From: Candidatus Gottesmanbacteria bacterium RIFCSPHIGHO2_01_FULL_40_15 | GTDB taxonomy: Bacteria; Patescibacteriota; Microgenomatia; 2-02-FULL-39-11 | DNA length: 64,000 bases | NCBI GenBank assembly: GCA_001779115.1 | Contig: MFJF01000005.1 | Coordinates: forward strand, 76,922-140,921 | Direction of reading: 5' to 3' | Shown here: piece by piece, positions 8,251 to 17,530 of the stretch | Layout: each line of letters starts with the position of its first letter | How positions within the stretch are numbered: the first letter of the stretch is position 1 | The notes under the pieces: generated by a model | Told to the model about the DNA's origin: nothing | The model's database searches: none | The model's input: the letters and a program-made list of their open reading frames with translations, nothing else | Program-made: the position numbers and the translations under genes

Positions 8251-10410
8251 ATGAAAAAAATTGTTAGCAAATCAACTGAAATCGGCGGACGGACTATAAC
8301 ATTAGAAGTCGGAAGATTCGCCGAACAGGCGACATCGGCAGTACTGGCACGGTTTGGAGACACCATGGTGATTGCGACAGTGGTGGCCTCTCCCAAAATA
8401 TCAAAACTGGATTATTTTCCATTAACTGTTGAATATGTGGAAAGGCTTTATGCAGGAGGAAGAATTAAGGGAAGCCGCTGGGTCAAGAGGGAAGGAAGAC
8501 CAAGCGACGATGCCATCCTGAAAGCACGACTTATAGACCGTTCAATAAGGCCATTATTTAACCAGAATTATAAGCATGATATCCAGATAATTATTACAGT
8601 ACTTTCAGTTGACGGGGAAAATGAACCTGATATTTTGGGAATTATTGCCACCAGTGCCGCTTTGGCAATATCCCCTATTCCCTGGAACGGACCCATCGGT
8701 TCGGTACGGGTCGGATATGTTCCTTCTCCCAACGGTGAAAGCGGTTTTTTCCTGAATCCGGGGCTTAAAGAACTCGCCTTTTCGGAGCTTGACCTGGTTG
8801 TTTCGGCGACAAAGGAAAAAGTGATTATGCTGGAAGCAGGAGCCAACCAAATAAAAGAAGAAACTTTCATTTCAGGGATTGCTTTTGCCAGGGAAGAAAC
8901 AAAAAAAATTATTTCATTAATCGATGACCTGGTTAAAGAGGTAGGCCGGGAAAAAATTGAAATCCGCGATAATGAAAAAATAAAGGAAATTAAAAAAATA
9001 ATCAATAAAGAATACAAAAAAGAAATCGGGAACCTGATATTAGCCAGAGTTTCCAAAGAACAGGAAGGAGACGAACTTACCGTATTATCAGACAGTATTG
9101 CACAAGTTTATGCTGAAAAATATGACAGAGGTGATATCGAAAAGGCAATCGATCAATTATTTAAGGAACAAATAAGACAAGATATTCTTAAAAATAAAAA
9201 AAGGGCTGATGGAAGGAAACCGGAGGATATCAGAGAAATTAGCGGGGAAGTAGGTCTATTACCGCGGACTCACGGATCGGCCATGTTCAGAAGGGGCCAA
9301 ACACAGGTGTTGACCGTAGCGACTTTAGGATCTCCTTCACTGGAACAGCTTATTGAAAGTCCTGAAGGGGAAACAGCAAAAAGATATATGCATCATTACA
9401 GCATGCCCCCCTATTCCGTCGGAGAAACCGGAAGAGTCGGCTTTCCGGCCAGAAGAGAGATCGGTCATGGAGCCCTGGCGGAAAGAGCCCTTTTACCTGT
9501 TATACCGCCACAAACTTCTTTTCCATATACCATAAGGCTTGTTTCAGAAGTGATGTCTTCAAACGGATCAACCTCCATGGCTTCTGCCTGCGGATCAACG
9601 CTGGCATTAATGGATGCCGGTGTTCCGATAAAAAATCCGGTGTCGGGAATTGCCATGGGTATGGTTGAGGAAAATAATAAATATGAACTGTTATCCGATA
9701 TTATAGGAATTGAAGATTTTTGCGGGGATATGGATTTTAAAGTGGCCGGAACAGAGGAAGGGATAACAGCAGTGCAACTGGATGTTAAAAATTCAGGATT
9801 AACCGATCAGGTAATCACAGAGTCTATAAAAAAGGCAAAGCAAGGACGGCTTCATATTCTTCAAAATATGCTCACAGTTATTCCCAAATACAGGGAAACA
9901 CTGTCAAAATTTGCCCCAAGAATTTCCGTGATTATAATTCCAAAAGAAAAAATCGGTGAAATAATCGGTCCGGGAGGAAAAATAATCCGGCAAATTATTG
10001 CCGAAACCGGCTGCGATATCAACGTTAACGATGACGGTCAGGTGACAATTGCCGGAATTGATCCGGTAAAAGTGGAAGTCGCCCTCAAATGGATAACCGG
10101 AATTATAAAGGAAGTTGTACCGGAAGAAGTATATCAGGGTTTAGTAAAAAGAATTCTACCGTTTGGAGCATTTGTGGAAATACTGCCCGGGCGTGAAGGA
10201 ATGGTTCACGTATCACAGATGGCGTCAGAATATATTTCCGATCCTTCGGAAGTCGTAAAAATCGGCCAGCAAGTGACAGTCAGAGTTATAGAAATAGATG
10301 ACCAGGGCAGAATTAATTTGTCAATGCTTTTCGGGGAGGATGCCAAGAAAAAAACTGTCAGACCACAAGGTAAAAGGGAACACTTCCAGAAGCGCAGATG
10401 GAATAAATAA
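8251..10410 (+). CDS. pnp: polynucleotide phosphorylase
   Basis: Two RNase PH domains, a KH domain and an S1 domain. The protein is 719 aa. Confidence 0.95.
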   Translation: MKKIVSKSTEIGGRTITLEVGRFAEQATSAVLARFGDTMVIATVVASPKISKLDYFPLTVEYVERLYAGGRIKGSRWVKREGRPSDDAILKARLIDRSIRPLFNQNYKHDIQIIITVLSVDGENEPDILGIIATSAALAISPIPWNGPIGSVRVGYVPSPNGESGFFLNPGLKELAFSELDLVVSATKEKVIMLEAGANQIKEETFISGIAFAREETKKIISLIDDLVKEVGREKIEIRDNEKIKEIKKIINKEYKKEIGNLILARVSKEQEGDELTVLSDSIAQVYAEKYDRGDIEKAIDQLFKEQIRQDILKNKKRADGRKPEDIREISGEVGLLPRTHGSAMFRRGQTQVLTVATLGSPSLEQLIESPEGETAKRYMHHYSMPPYSVGETGRVGFPARREIGHGALAERALLPVIPPQTSFPYTIRLVSEVMSSNGSTSMASACGSTLALMDAGVPIKNPVSGIAMGMVEENNKYELLSDIIGIEDFCGDMDFKVAGTEEGITAVQLDVKNSGLTDQVITESIKKAKQGRLHILQNMLTVIPKYRETLSKFAPRISVIIIPKEKIGEIIGPGGKIIRQIIAETGCDINVNDDGQVTIAGIDPVKVEVALKWITGIIKEVVPEEVYQGLVKRILPFGAFVEILPGREGMVHVSQMASEYISDPSEVVKIGQQVTVRVIEIDDQGRINLSMLFGEDAKKKTVRPQGKREHFQKRRWNK

Positions 10411-11564
10411 TGAAGTTTTCGACTACTTCAATCCACTCCGGCAACAAACCCAATCTTAAAGCAGGCGGCAGCGGTGATGTAATTATCCCTATTCATTTAT
10501 CAACAACTTTTGCCCGGAAAAAAATTGATAATCCTACAGCCGGATATGAATATTCACGGAGCGGAAATCCGACCAGATACGCTCTGGAAAAAAATCTTAC
10601 CAACTTGGAAGAGGGTAAATGGGCGTATGCTTTTTCCTCAGGCTTGTCAGCTATCACTGCAGTTTTATTGACTTTGCAAAAAGGTGATCATGTAGTTTCC
10701 ATTGATGATGTTTACGGCGGAACAAGACGACTATTCAACCAGGTATTTGCAAATTTCGGAATTGAATTCACTTATGGTGATTTTGCAAATAATAATGAAC
10801 TTCGGAGGCATGTTAAAACCAATACAAAATTAATCTGGATAGAATCCCCCACTAATCCTTTACTTAAAATTGTCGACATAGCTTCAGTATGCCAATTTGC
10901 CCGTGAGAAAAATATCATAACTGTTGTCGATAATACATTCGCATCGCCTTATTTCCAACGCCCATTGAAACTGGGAGCGACAATTTCATTGCATTCCATG
11001 ACAAAATACATAGGCGGACATTCAGATGTTATCGCCGGATGTATTATCGGTAATGATAAAATTTTAGGTGAAAAAATAAAATTTATACAGAATGCCGCCG
11101 GAGCCATTCTTTCTCCTTTTGACAGTTTTCAGATATTAAAAGGGATAAAAACACTTTCACTTAGAATGGAGAAACATGAAGAAAATGCCAAAAAAATCGT
11201 AACCTTCCTTTCAAAAAATGATAAGATCAAAAAAATATATTATCCGGGAATTCCAACACATAAAGGAAATAATATTGCCAGAAAACAAATGAGCGGATTT
11301 TCCGGCATGCTATCATTTGAACTTAAGGCATCGCTCCGGTCAACGTTGACTTTTTTAGAAAATCTGAAAATTATTTCCATTGCCGAAAGTTTAGGTGTTG
11401 TTGAATCTTTAATTGAACATCCGGCTTCAATGACTCATGCTTCAATTCCAAGACAAGACAGGGAAAAAATAGGCTTATCGGACGGTTTGATAAGATTATC
11501 TGTCGGAATTGAAGACGCTTATGATCTGATCAGGGATTTAAATCAGGCTTTGAAAATAATCTAA
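10410..11564 (+). CDS. PLP-dependent Cys/Met-metabolism enzyme (cystathionine gamma-synthase/beta-lyase/methionine gamma-lyase family)
   Basis: Trans-sulfuration family signature with the PLP lysine (SMTKYIGGHSDVIAGC). The start ATG overlaps the pnp stop (TAATG). Confidence 0.8.
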   Translation: MKFSTTSIHSGNKPNLKAGGSGDVIIPIHLSTTFARKKIDNPTAGYEYSRSGNPTRYALEKNLTNLEEGKWAYAFSSGLSAITAVLLTLQKGDHVVSIDDVYGGTRRLFNQVFANFGIEFTYGDFANNNELRRHVKTNTKLIWIESPTNPLLKIVDIASVCQFAREKNIITVVDNTFASPYFQRPLKLGATISLHSMTKYIGGHSDVIAGCIIGNDKILGEKIKFIQNAAGAILSPFDSFQILKGIKTLSLRMEKHEENAKKIVTFLSKNDKIKKIYYPGIPTHKGNNIARKQMSGFSGMLSFELKASLRSTLTFLENLKIISIAESLGVVESLIEHPASMTHASIPRQDREKIGLSDGLIRLSVGIEDAYDLIRDLNQALKII

Positions 11565-11600
11565 AGACTACCTTGAAAAAAATTAAGTTATAATTAAAGT

Positions 11601-12698
11601 ATGATAACAACTTCTTCTGATTCCCAGAATCAAAACGGTGAATTTTCCGAACTGATAAAACTCAGGCAAAAAATAACGGATAGTCATCTTCCTTCCGATC
11701 TTCGGGATAAAGTAAATACAATGATTGAACGGGCAGAGTTAAGTTTTAAATACCATACCCAATTTTCCCAATTCGATGCCGTTGCCGGTTATATTGATTG
11801 GATTACGGCCTTACCCTGGCAGACTTTCAGTCAGGATAATATGGAAATAGAACAGGCGAAAAAAATTCTGGATAAAAACCATTACGGTCTTAATGAATTG
11901 AAAGACAGAATTTTGGAGTATTTGTCAGTTATGAAATTAAATCTTGATCAGGCTAAAATTGATCCGTCAATTACCGATCATAATATTGCCAGGGCGCCGA
12001 TTTTATTTTTTGTCGGCTTAGTCGGGACAGGTAAAACCACAATTGCCATATCCATAGCCGAAGCATTGGGCAGAAAATTCATCCGCATTCCATTCGGAGG
12101 CATGGGATCAGCACTTGATTTAAGAGGTGAATCGAGAGTCCACCCGGATGCGGAAGTAGGCCATGTTATGAAAGCCTTAAGAAGAGCCGGAACAAAAAAT
12201 CCGGTAATTCTGCTTGATGAATTAGACAGGGTTGCCGAACATGCGCGGGCTGATATTATGGGTGTTTTGATCGAACTACTTGATCCTGAGCAAAATGTCT
12301 CTTTTACCGATCACTATATTGATTATCCGTTTGATTTGTCACATGTACTGTTTATTGCAACAGCCAATAACACCAATAATATTTCAACTGCGGTTATGGA
12401 CCGGTTGGAACCTATTCAAATGCCCTCATACAATGATGATGAAAAAATAATAATCGGTAAAGCTTATGTTTTTCCCAAAGTACTTAAATCGGCAGGTTTA
12501 AACGATAAACTATTAACAATAGACTCCAATGTCTGGCCTTTAATTGTCCGGCCGCTCGGATTTGATTCAGGTATAAGAACACTGGAGAGGACTATTGACG
12601 GAATATGCCGTAAAGTGGCCAGGCAGATAATTGAAAAAAAACATACCCAGGTTTTTATTTCAGCCGACAATGTCAAGCAATACCTGCCAACATGGTAA
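11601..12698 (+). CDS. Lon-like AAA+ ATPase module without LAN or S16 protease domains
   Basis: Collinear with the E. coli Lon region from about residue 300 to 585: YIDWITALPW, HYGLNELKDRILEYLSV, GLVGTGKTT (Walker A), LLDELD (Walker B), LLDPEQNVSFTDHY, and the alpha-helical lid. The ORF ends exactly where the Lon protease domain would begin. The RGHRRTY motif is degenerate (RGESRVH). Confidence 0.75.
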   Translation: MITTSSDSQNQNGEFSELIKLRQKITDSHLPSDLRDKVNTMIERAELSFKYHTQFSQFDAVAGYIDWITALPWQTFSQDNMEIEQAKKILDKNHYGLNELKDRILEYLSVMKLNLDQAKIDPSITDHNIARAPILFFVGLVGTGKTTIAISIAEALGRKFIRIPFGGMGSALDLRGESRVHPDAEVGHVMKALRRAGTKNPVILLDELDRVAEHARADIMGVLIELLDPEQNVSFTDHYIDYPFDLSHVLFIATANNTNNISTAVMDRLEPIQMPSYNDDEKIIIGKAYVFPKVLKSAGLNDKLLTIDSNVWPLIVRPLGFDSGIRTLERTIDGICRKVARQIIEKKHTQVFISADNVKQYLPTW

Positions 12699-12725
12699 AA
12701 TTAATCCCCGGTTTATAAATAAAAA

Positions 12726-14435
12726 ATGATCAACCCGATAAACAGGAATATCTTTGGCAATCCACAATCTATATTGCGGATTATCCCTTTGGGAGGAATA
12801 GGCAATGTGACGAAAAATTTATATGTTTACGAATACAGAAGCCGGCCTGATAACATTTCGGATATCCTAATTGTTGACTGCGGAGTAGGTTTTCCCGATG
12901 AGGCAATGTACGGAATTGATCTGGTTATTCCGGATATAACTTACTTGCGGGATAAAATAAATAAAATCAGGGGAATTATACTTACCCACGGGCATGAAGA
13001 TCATATAGGAGCGCTTCCTTATATTCTGCCGGTACTAAATGTTCCCGTATACGGAACGTTATTAACTGCCAAACTTGCCGAAGTCAAGTTACAGGACTCC
13101 GGTTTGCAAGTAAAGGTTAATGTAATAAACGAAAATATTCCGCTTAAAATAGGGCCGTTTTCGGTTGAATTTATCCATGTTACCCATTCAATTCCGGATG
13201 CTGCCAATCTTTTCATTAAAACTCCTGTTGGTAATTTTTACCACGGCAGTGATTTTAAATTTGACTGGACACCGATTGACGGCAAAAAAACAGAAGTTGA
13301 CAAAATTGCCAGGGCGGGAAAAGAGGGTATAACCTGTTTATTATCCGATTGCGTCAGGGTGGAAACAGAAGGATATACATTGTCTGAAAAAATAATTGAA
13401 GAAACTCTGGATAAGGAAATCAGGAATTGCCCGGGGAAATTTATATTCACTACCCAATCTTCAAATATTTCAAGAATCCAGCAAGCCATTGACGTCTCAA
13501 TCAGAAATAACAGAAAAATAGTCTTTTTAGGCCGGTCAATTGAAAGAAATGTCGGGGTTGCTTACAGATTAAAATATGTAAATTACAGCGAAATGTTTGT
13601 TGTAAGGGACAAAGATATCAGAAAATATAAAGACTCTGAATTAAGCCTCATTGTCACCGGCAGCCAAGCCCAGCCAAATTCGGCGCTTTCCAGAATTGCC
13701 GAAGGAATCCATAAATTCGTGAGAATTAAAGAAGGTGACGTGGTGGTTTTTTCAGCAGATCCGATTCCCGGATATGAAAATGCAGTTCATACTTTGATTG
13801 ATCTTCTGACGGTAAACGGGGCCAGAGTGGCTTATTCGGAGATACAAGACCAGCTTCATGTGTCCGGACACGGTGCGAGAAATGATTTGGCTTTAATGAT
13901 CGGTTTGACTCAGGCGTCAAATCTTTTACCCATAGGCGGAACCTACCGCCAGATGCGGCATTATTCCCAGATGGCCTTTGATATGGGGTATAAACATAAT
14001 CAGGTACTTTTACCGCTTGAAGGAGAAATTATTGAATTTTCAGCTTCCGGACAAGTTAGAATTGCAGAAAAATTAAGCCTGAAGAATGTAATGATCGACG
14101 GTTTGGGTGTCGGGGATATCGGAAATGTTGTTTTACGGGACAGGCAAACAATGGCCAGCGAAGGAATTGTGATTGTGGTTGTACCTTTGGACAAATCATC
14201 AGGAAGAGTAACTGCTGAGCCGGACATAATTTCCCGGGGATTTATCTATATGAAAGAATCTGTAGATTTAATCGATGAAGCAAAAAAAGTGATAATAAAA
14301 TCCTTAAGACTGAAAAAAGGGAGGATTACTGACTGGCAATTTGTCAGAAAACAGGTGGAAAAAAATCTGGAAGGATTCCTGTTTAAGGAAACACACAGAA
14401 GACCTCTTATTCTTGCCGTAGTAGTTCATGTATGA
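12726..14435 (+). CDS. rnj: ribonuclease J (metallo-beta-lactamase/beta-CASP)
   Basis: HGHEDHIGALPYIL motif, a beta-CASP region and a C-terminal domain. The protein is 569 aa. Confidence 0.9.
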   Translation: MINPINRNIFGNPQSILRIIPLGGIGNVTKNLYVYEYRSRPDNISDILIVDCGVGFPDEAMYGIDLVIPDITYLRDKINKIRGIILTHGHEDHIGALPYILPVLNVPVYGTLLTAKLAEVKLQDSGLQVKVNVINENIPLKIGPFSVEFIHVTHSIPDAANLFIKTPVGNFYHGSDFKFDWTPIDGKKTEVDKIARAGKEGITCLLSDCVRVETEGYTLSEKIIEETLDKEIRNCPGKFIFTTQSSNISRIQQAIDVSIRNNRKIVFLGRSIERNVGVAYRLKYVNYSEMFVVRDKDIRKYKDSELSLIVTGSQAQPNSALSRIAEGIHKFVRIKEGDVVVFSADPIPGYENAVHTLIDLLTVNGARVAYSEIQDQLHVSGHGARNDLALMIGLTQASNLLPIGGTYRQMRHYSQMAFDMGYKHNQVLLPLEGEIIEFSASGQVRIAEKLSLKNVMIDGLGVGDIGNVVLRDRQTMASEGIVIVVVPLDKSSGRVTAEPDIISRGFIYMKESVDLIDEAKKVIIKSLRLKKGRITDWQFVRKQVEKNLEGFLFKETHRRPLILAVVVHV

Positions 14436-15295
14436 GGAAAAAAAACCGGCGCAAAAAAATCGGCAAATTTAAACCGGCTCTTTTTATTATTACCTTCCTT
14501 CTCTTTCTGCCGTTTATCTATTCATACAAAATTTACAGCATAAATCCGCAACTTAAGTTTCCGAGAATCAGCAAGGTCAATCTTTCTTCTGATCCTTTGG
14601 TCCTTTCCAATATCCGTTTAAACGTTTTGGGTGCCCAGGCAATTGAACCCTTTGACATTGTCAAATACGTAAATACAGAGCGGAATAAAAAAGGGAGTCA
14701 GCCTCTTATCATTAATGAAAAACTGGTTAAAGCAGCCCGGATGCGGGCAGAAGTTATACTGAAATACCAGAACTTTTCACACCAGGATCCCTTTGAAAAC
14801 ATTGAACTTATAACAGTCATGCCAAAAGTCGGATACAGTTACTCTTATGCCACGGAAAATATCGGTATGGGCGGCTTGTCAGCGGAAGATTTCGTTTCCG
14901 GGTTTATGAACAGTACCAGTCACCGATTAAATCTGTTGGATCCCCAGCTTTATCACACCGGTACGGCAGTGGTAACGGGATCTTATAAACAGTATTTTGT
15001 CAATATCGCGGTACAATTGTTTGCCGTTCCTTCCAGCCGGGAAGAATATTTAGGTTATAACGACATTGACAGGAAAAATTACGGGGCAATACTTACAAGA
15101 CTTGATTATCAATTAAATCCCCTGATTCTGAATTTGCATAAGTTCATCAGTAATAAACAGATTAATGACGAAAAAATTCAAAAAATCAGAAAACAAAAAG
15201 AGATTCTGATGAAACTTCTGGAAATTATGAATGAGGATAAACCGTTTAAGGAAGAACATATTGCGCTTATTTCCGAATACAACGGTTATCTTTGA
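14432..15295 (+). CDS. membrane-anchored CAP/SCP (PR-1-like, YkwD-type) domain protein
   Basis: N-terminal TM helix. CAP motifs are present: ATENIGMGG...MNSTSHRLNLLDPQLYHTGTAV. The start overlaps the rnj stop (ATGA). Confidence 0.6.
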   Translation: MRKKNRRKKIGKFKPALFIITFLLFLPFIYSYKIYSINPQLKFPRISKVNLSSDPLVLSNIRLNVLGAQAIEPFDIVKYVNTERNKKGSQPLIINEKLVKAARMRAEVILKYQNFSHQDPFENIELITVMPKVGYSYSYATENIGMGGLSAEDFVSGFMNSTSHRLNLLDPQLYHTGTAVVTGSYKQYFVNIAVQLFAVPSSREEYLGYNDIDRKNYGAILTRLDYQLNPLILNLHKFISNKQINDEKIQKIRKQKEILMKLLEIMNEDKPFKEEHIALISEYNGYL

Positions 15296-15637
15296 GAAAA
15301 TCCCTGTATATGTTAAGCTGAATATATATTTAGGAAAGGGGGTGAGGTTATTGCAAAACGATTAACCTTATAACCCGGGTGGTGCTGGAGTGCCAGGAGC
15401 TGATCCTAATCCGACTCCTAACCCGCCGGCAGATATGCCACCTGTTATACCTAATCCGACCGTTCCTCCACCTCCGCCTGCAGTTGTGCCGACAGAAACA
15501 CCTGAGCGTGACGGTCAGGAACCGGTCAATCCGAACGGATCAGACGGTCCTGTCGGACAGTGAGAAACCCGATAGATAAAATCCTTCCCTTTGTTTTTTG
15601 ACAAGCGGGATGGATTTTTATATATTTCATTTCTAAA

Positions 15638-16165
15638 ATGAAATTATTCCCGATTCTGACTGTAGTTTTAGGATATACAATCTCATCCTATATTTATTCA
15701 AGTGCAATTTTTTCTAATAATAATTTTACACTTGAAAAATCCCCTTCCGGTTCAGCGTCCGCCACGGTGACACAACCGGTTTTGGAATATACAGTTATAT
15801 CGGAAACACCGGTTCCTACCGCAACCGGGACAGTAACTCCGACTCCGACTCCGACTGTTTATACCGTCGAAAACACACCAACTCAAATTAATGTACTTTT
15901 TGAGAAATACGCTTCAAAGGAATCTGTTGACATTAATATGTTAAGAAAAATTGCCCAATGTGAATCGGGATATAACTCTCAAGCGGTAAACGGGCCGTAT
16001 GCCGGTTTATTTCAATTTTCTTCCCAAACATGGATAACCAGCAGAAGAATGATGAATGCCGATACCAATCCGGATCTAAGATTCAATGCGGAAGAATCAA
16101 TCAAAACGGCTGCATTCAGAATAGCTTCGGGAAATACCGGCTTATGGTACACTTGCTTAAAATAA
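15638..16165 (+). CDS. secreted Rpf-like (transglycosylase-like domain) protein with Pro/Thr linker
   Basis: Signal or TM segment, a TPTPTPT linker, then AQCESGYNSQAVNGPYAGLFQFSSQTWITS...GLWYTC. This matches the transglycosylase-like (Rpf) domain. Confidence 0.6.
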   Translation: MKLFPILTVVLGYTISSYIYSSAIFSNNNFTLEKSPSGSASATVTQPVLEYTVISETPVPTATGTVTPTPTPTVYTVENTPTQINVLFEKYASKESVDINMLRKIAQCESGYNSQAVNGPYAGLFQFSSQTWITSRRMMNADTNPDLRFNAEESIKTAAFRIASGNTGLWYTCLK

Positions 16166-16166
16166 T

Positions 16167-16191
16167 AAACCCACCTTTTTGAGGTGGGTTT
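16167..16191. terminator. bidirectional intrinsic terminator hairpin
   Basis: AAACCCACCT-ttttg-AGGTGGGTTT is a perfect 10-bp stem. It starts 2 nt after the stop of the Rpf-like gene. Confidence 0.5.
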
Positions 16192-16365
16192 CAGGCGTTG
16201 TTAAAATGTGTTTACCGCTTAATTTAAGGAGGCAAACCGGATATTTTATACATGTTTGTAGCCCTATTTAGATAATAAAAAGATATTAGCCTATAAGTAT
16301 TAAAAGAGGGTATATCGGGAGTAATAGACAAGTAAGAGTACTTTAGTTTACTTAAATAACTATGC

Positions 16366-16791
16366 TTATGAAGTTTTTAACCTCTTTTTATGAAGATAAA
16401 AGGTAACACCTAAGAGAATGATTCCCAAAATTATCAAGACAAAGCCGAGCGGTCCTCCGGCTCTTTGGATAAAGTTAGGTTGAGGTGTCGGAGTCGGGGT
16501 CGGGGTGGCGGTCGGCAAAGGTGTCGGAGTCGGTGAATCGGTCGGTGATGCTGCGGGAGTTGGTGATCGTCTGACAGTCGGGGTTACTGCCCGGGTCGGT
16601 GCGGAAGTATTTGTAGGAGCCCCGGGAGTATTAGAAGCCTGCGCCGGAGCAACTGTCGCGGTTACAGTCGGCTCACCTGAAGTGGGTGATATTGCCGGAG
16701 TATCTGTTTGTCCATTTACGTTTAGCGGACGGAACAATACCAGACTAAGAATAAAAATTACCGCGGGGATCTTTAATAAACTCATTAACAT
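16366..16791 (-). CDS. Pro/Thr-rich secreted protein with C-terminal GG-TM-basic anchor (GlyGly-CTERM-like)
   Basis: N-terminal hydrophobic signal, a long P/T/A low-complexity region, and the C-terminus ...IQRAGGPLGFVLIILGIILLGVTFYLHKKRLKTS. No LPXTG motif is present. Confidence 0.6.
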   Translation of the reverse strand: MLMSLLKIPAVIFILSLVLFRPLNVNGQTDTPAISPTSGEPTVTATVAPAQASNTPGAPTNTSAPTRAVTPTVRRSPTPAASPTDSPTPTPLPTATPTPTPTPQPNFIQRAGGPLGFVLIILGIILLGVTFYLHKKRLKTS

Positions 16792-16843
16792 ACAGACGGA
16801 TTAAGTTGGTATTATAACAAATAAATATCTTTTGGCAACTGGA

Positions 16844-17527
16844 TCAAAAGAAGTCCGATTCATCTTCCTTACGGCTTATCCGGTTGTTTTTTCCTGAAAG
16901 TACAACAAAAAGATAACCGGCGGCAAATCCGCCGATATGCGCCCACCAGGCAACCCCTCCCCTGCCCATCAGACCAATAGTTCCTATTCCTGAAAACAAC
17001 TGGATTATAAACCAGTAACCCAACATGACACCGGCCGGGAGAGATACCTGTTGGAAAAATCCGAAAAAAGAAATGATGAGAGTATCAATTTTATGCTTGG
17101 GATACAGGACAAGATAAGCTCCCAAGACACCGCTTATAGCACCTGACGCTCCGACTGTAGGGATAGCTGAATTGGGTACAAAAAAGAATTGGGTTAAACC
17201 GGCAATAATACCGGTGGCTAAATAAAAAAAAGCATAACCAATATGTCCAAAATGTGCTTCAATATTGTCACCGAATATCCACAAAAACCACAAATTGGAT
17301 ATGACATGAAACCAACCACCGTGAAGAAAAATTGAGTAAATAAAGGGCAGAAGACTTACCGGATCGGTAAAATCAACCAATCGGGGGATCAGAGCAAAGC
17401 GCAATATAAATTCTTCAAAATCGGGAGCGGTAATCTGCAGGAAAAATACATATGAGGTAACAAGAATAACAATGATGTTTATAATGGGAAACTTATGGGA
17501 CGGATTGTGATCACGGATGGGAAACAT
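16844..17527 (-). CDS. rhomboid family intramembrane serine protease
   Basis: HGGWFHVISNLWFLWIFG, GASGAISGV (the GxSG serine) and AHIGGFAAG (the catalytic His). Six predicted TM helices. Confidence 0.85.
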   Translation of the reverse strand: MFPIRDHNPSHKFPIINIIVILVTSYVFFLQITAPDFEEFILRFALIPRLVDFTDPVSLLPFIYSIFLHGGWFHVISNLWFLWIFGDNIEAHFGHIGYAFFYLATGIIAGLTQFFFVPNSAIPTVGASGAISGVLGAYLVLYPKHKIDTLIISFFGFFQQVSLPAGVMLGYWFIIQLFSGIGTIGLMGRGGVAWWAHIGGFAAGYLFVVLSGKNNRISRKEDESDFF

Positions 17528-17530
17528 AAT

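Noticed and set aside
15379-15579. ORF-track 66-aa ORF MVLECQELILIRLL...
   Set aside because: It uses a different frame from the Pro-rich open frame, has no RBS and no homology, and has Cys/Arg/Leu-rich composition typical of a spurious frame. The Pro-rich frame is reported only as a finding, not as a CDS.
16505-16804. 99-aa plus-strand ORF rich in VGVG/GD repeats
   Set aside because: It is the antisense reading of the Pro/Thr-rich coding repeats of gene 16366-16791 (ACC/CCG codons read backwards as GGT/CGG). The same artefact explains 53668..53997.
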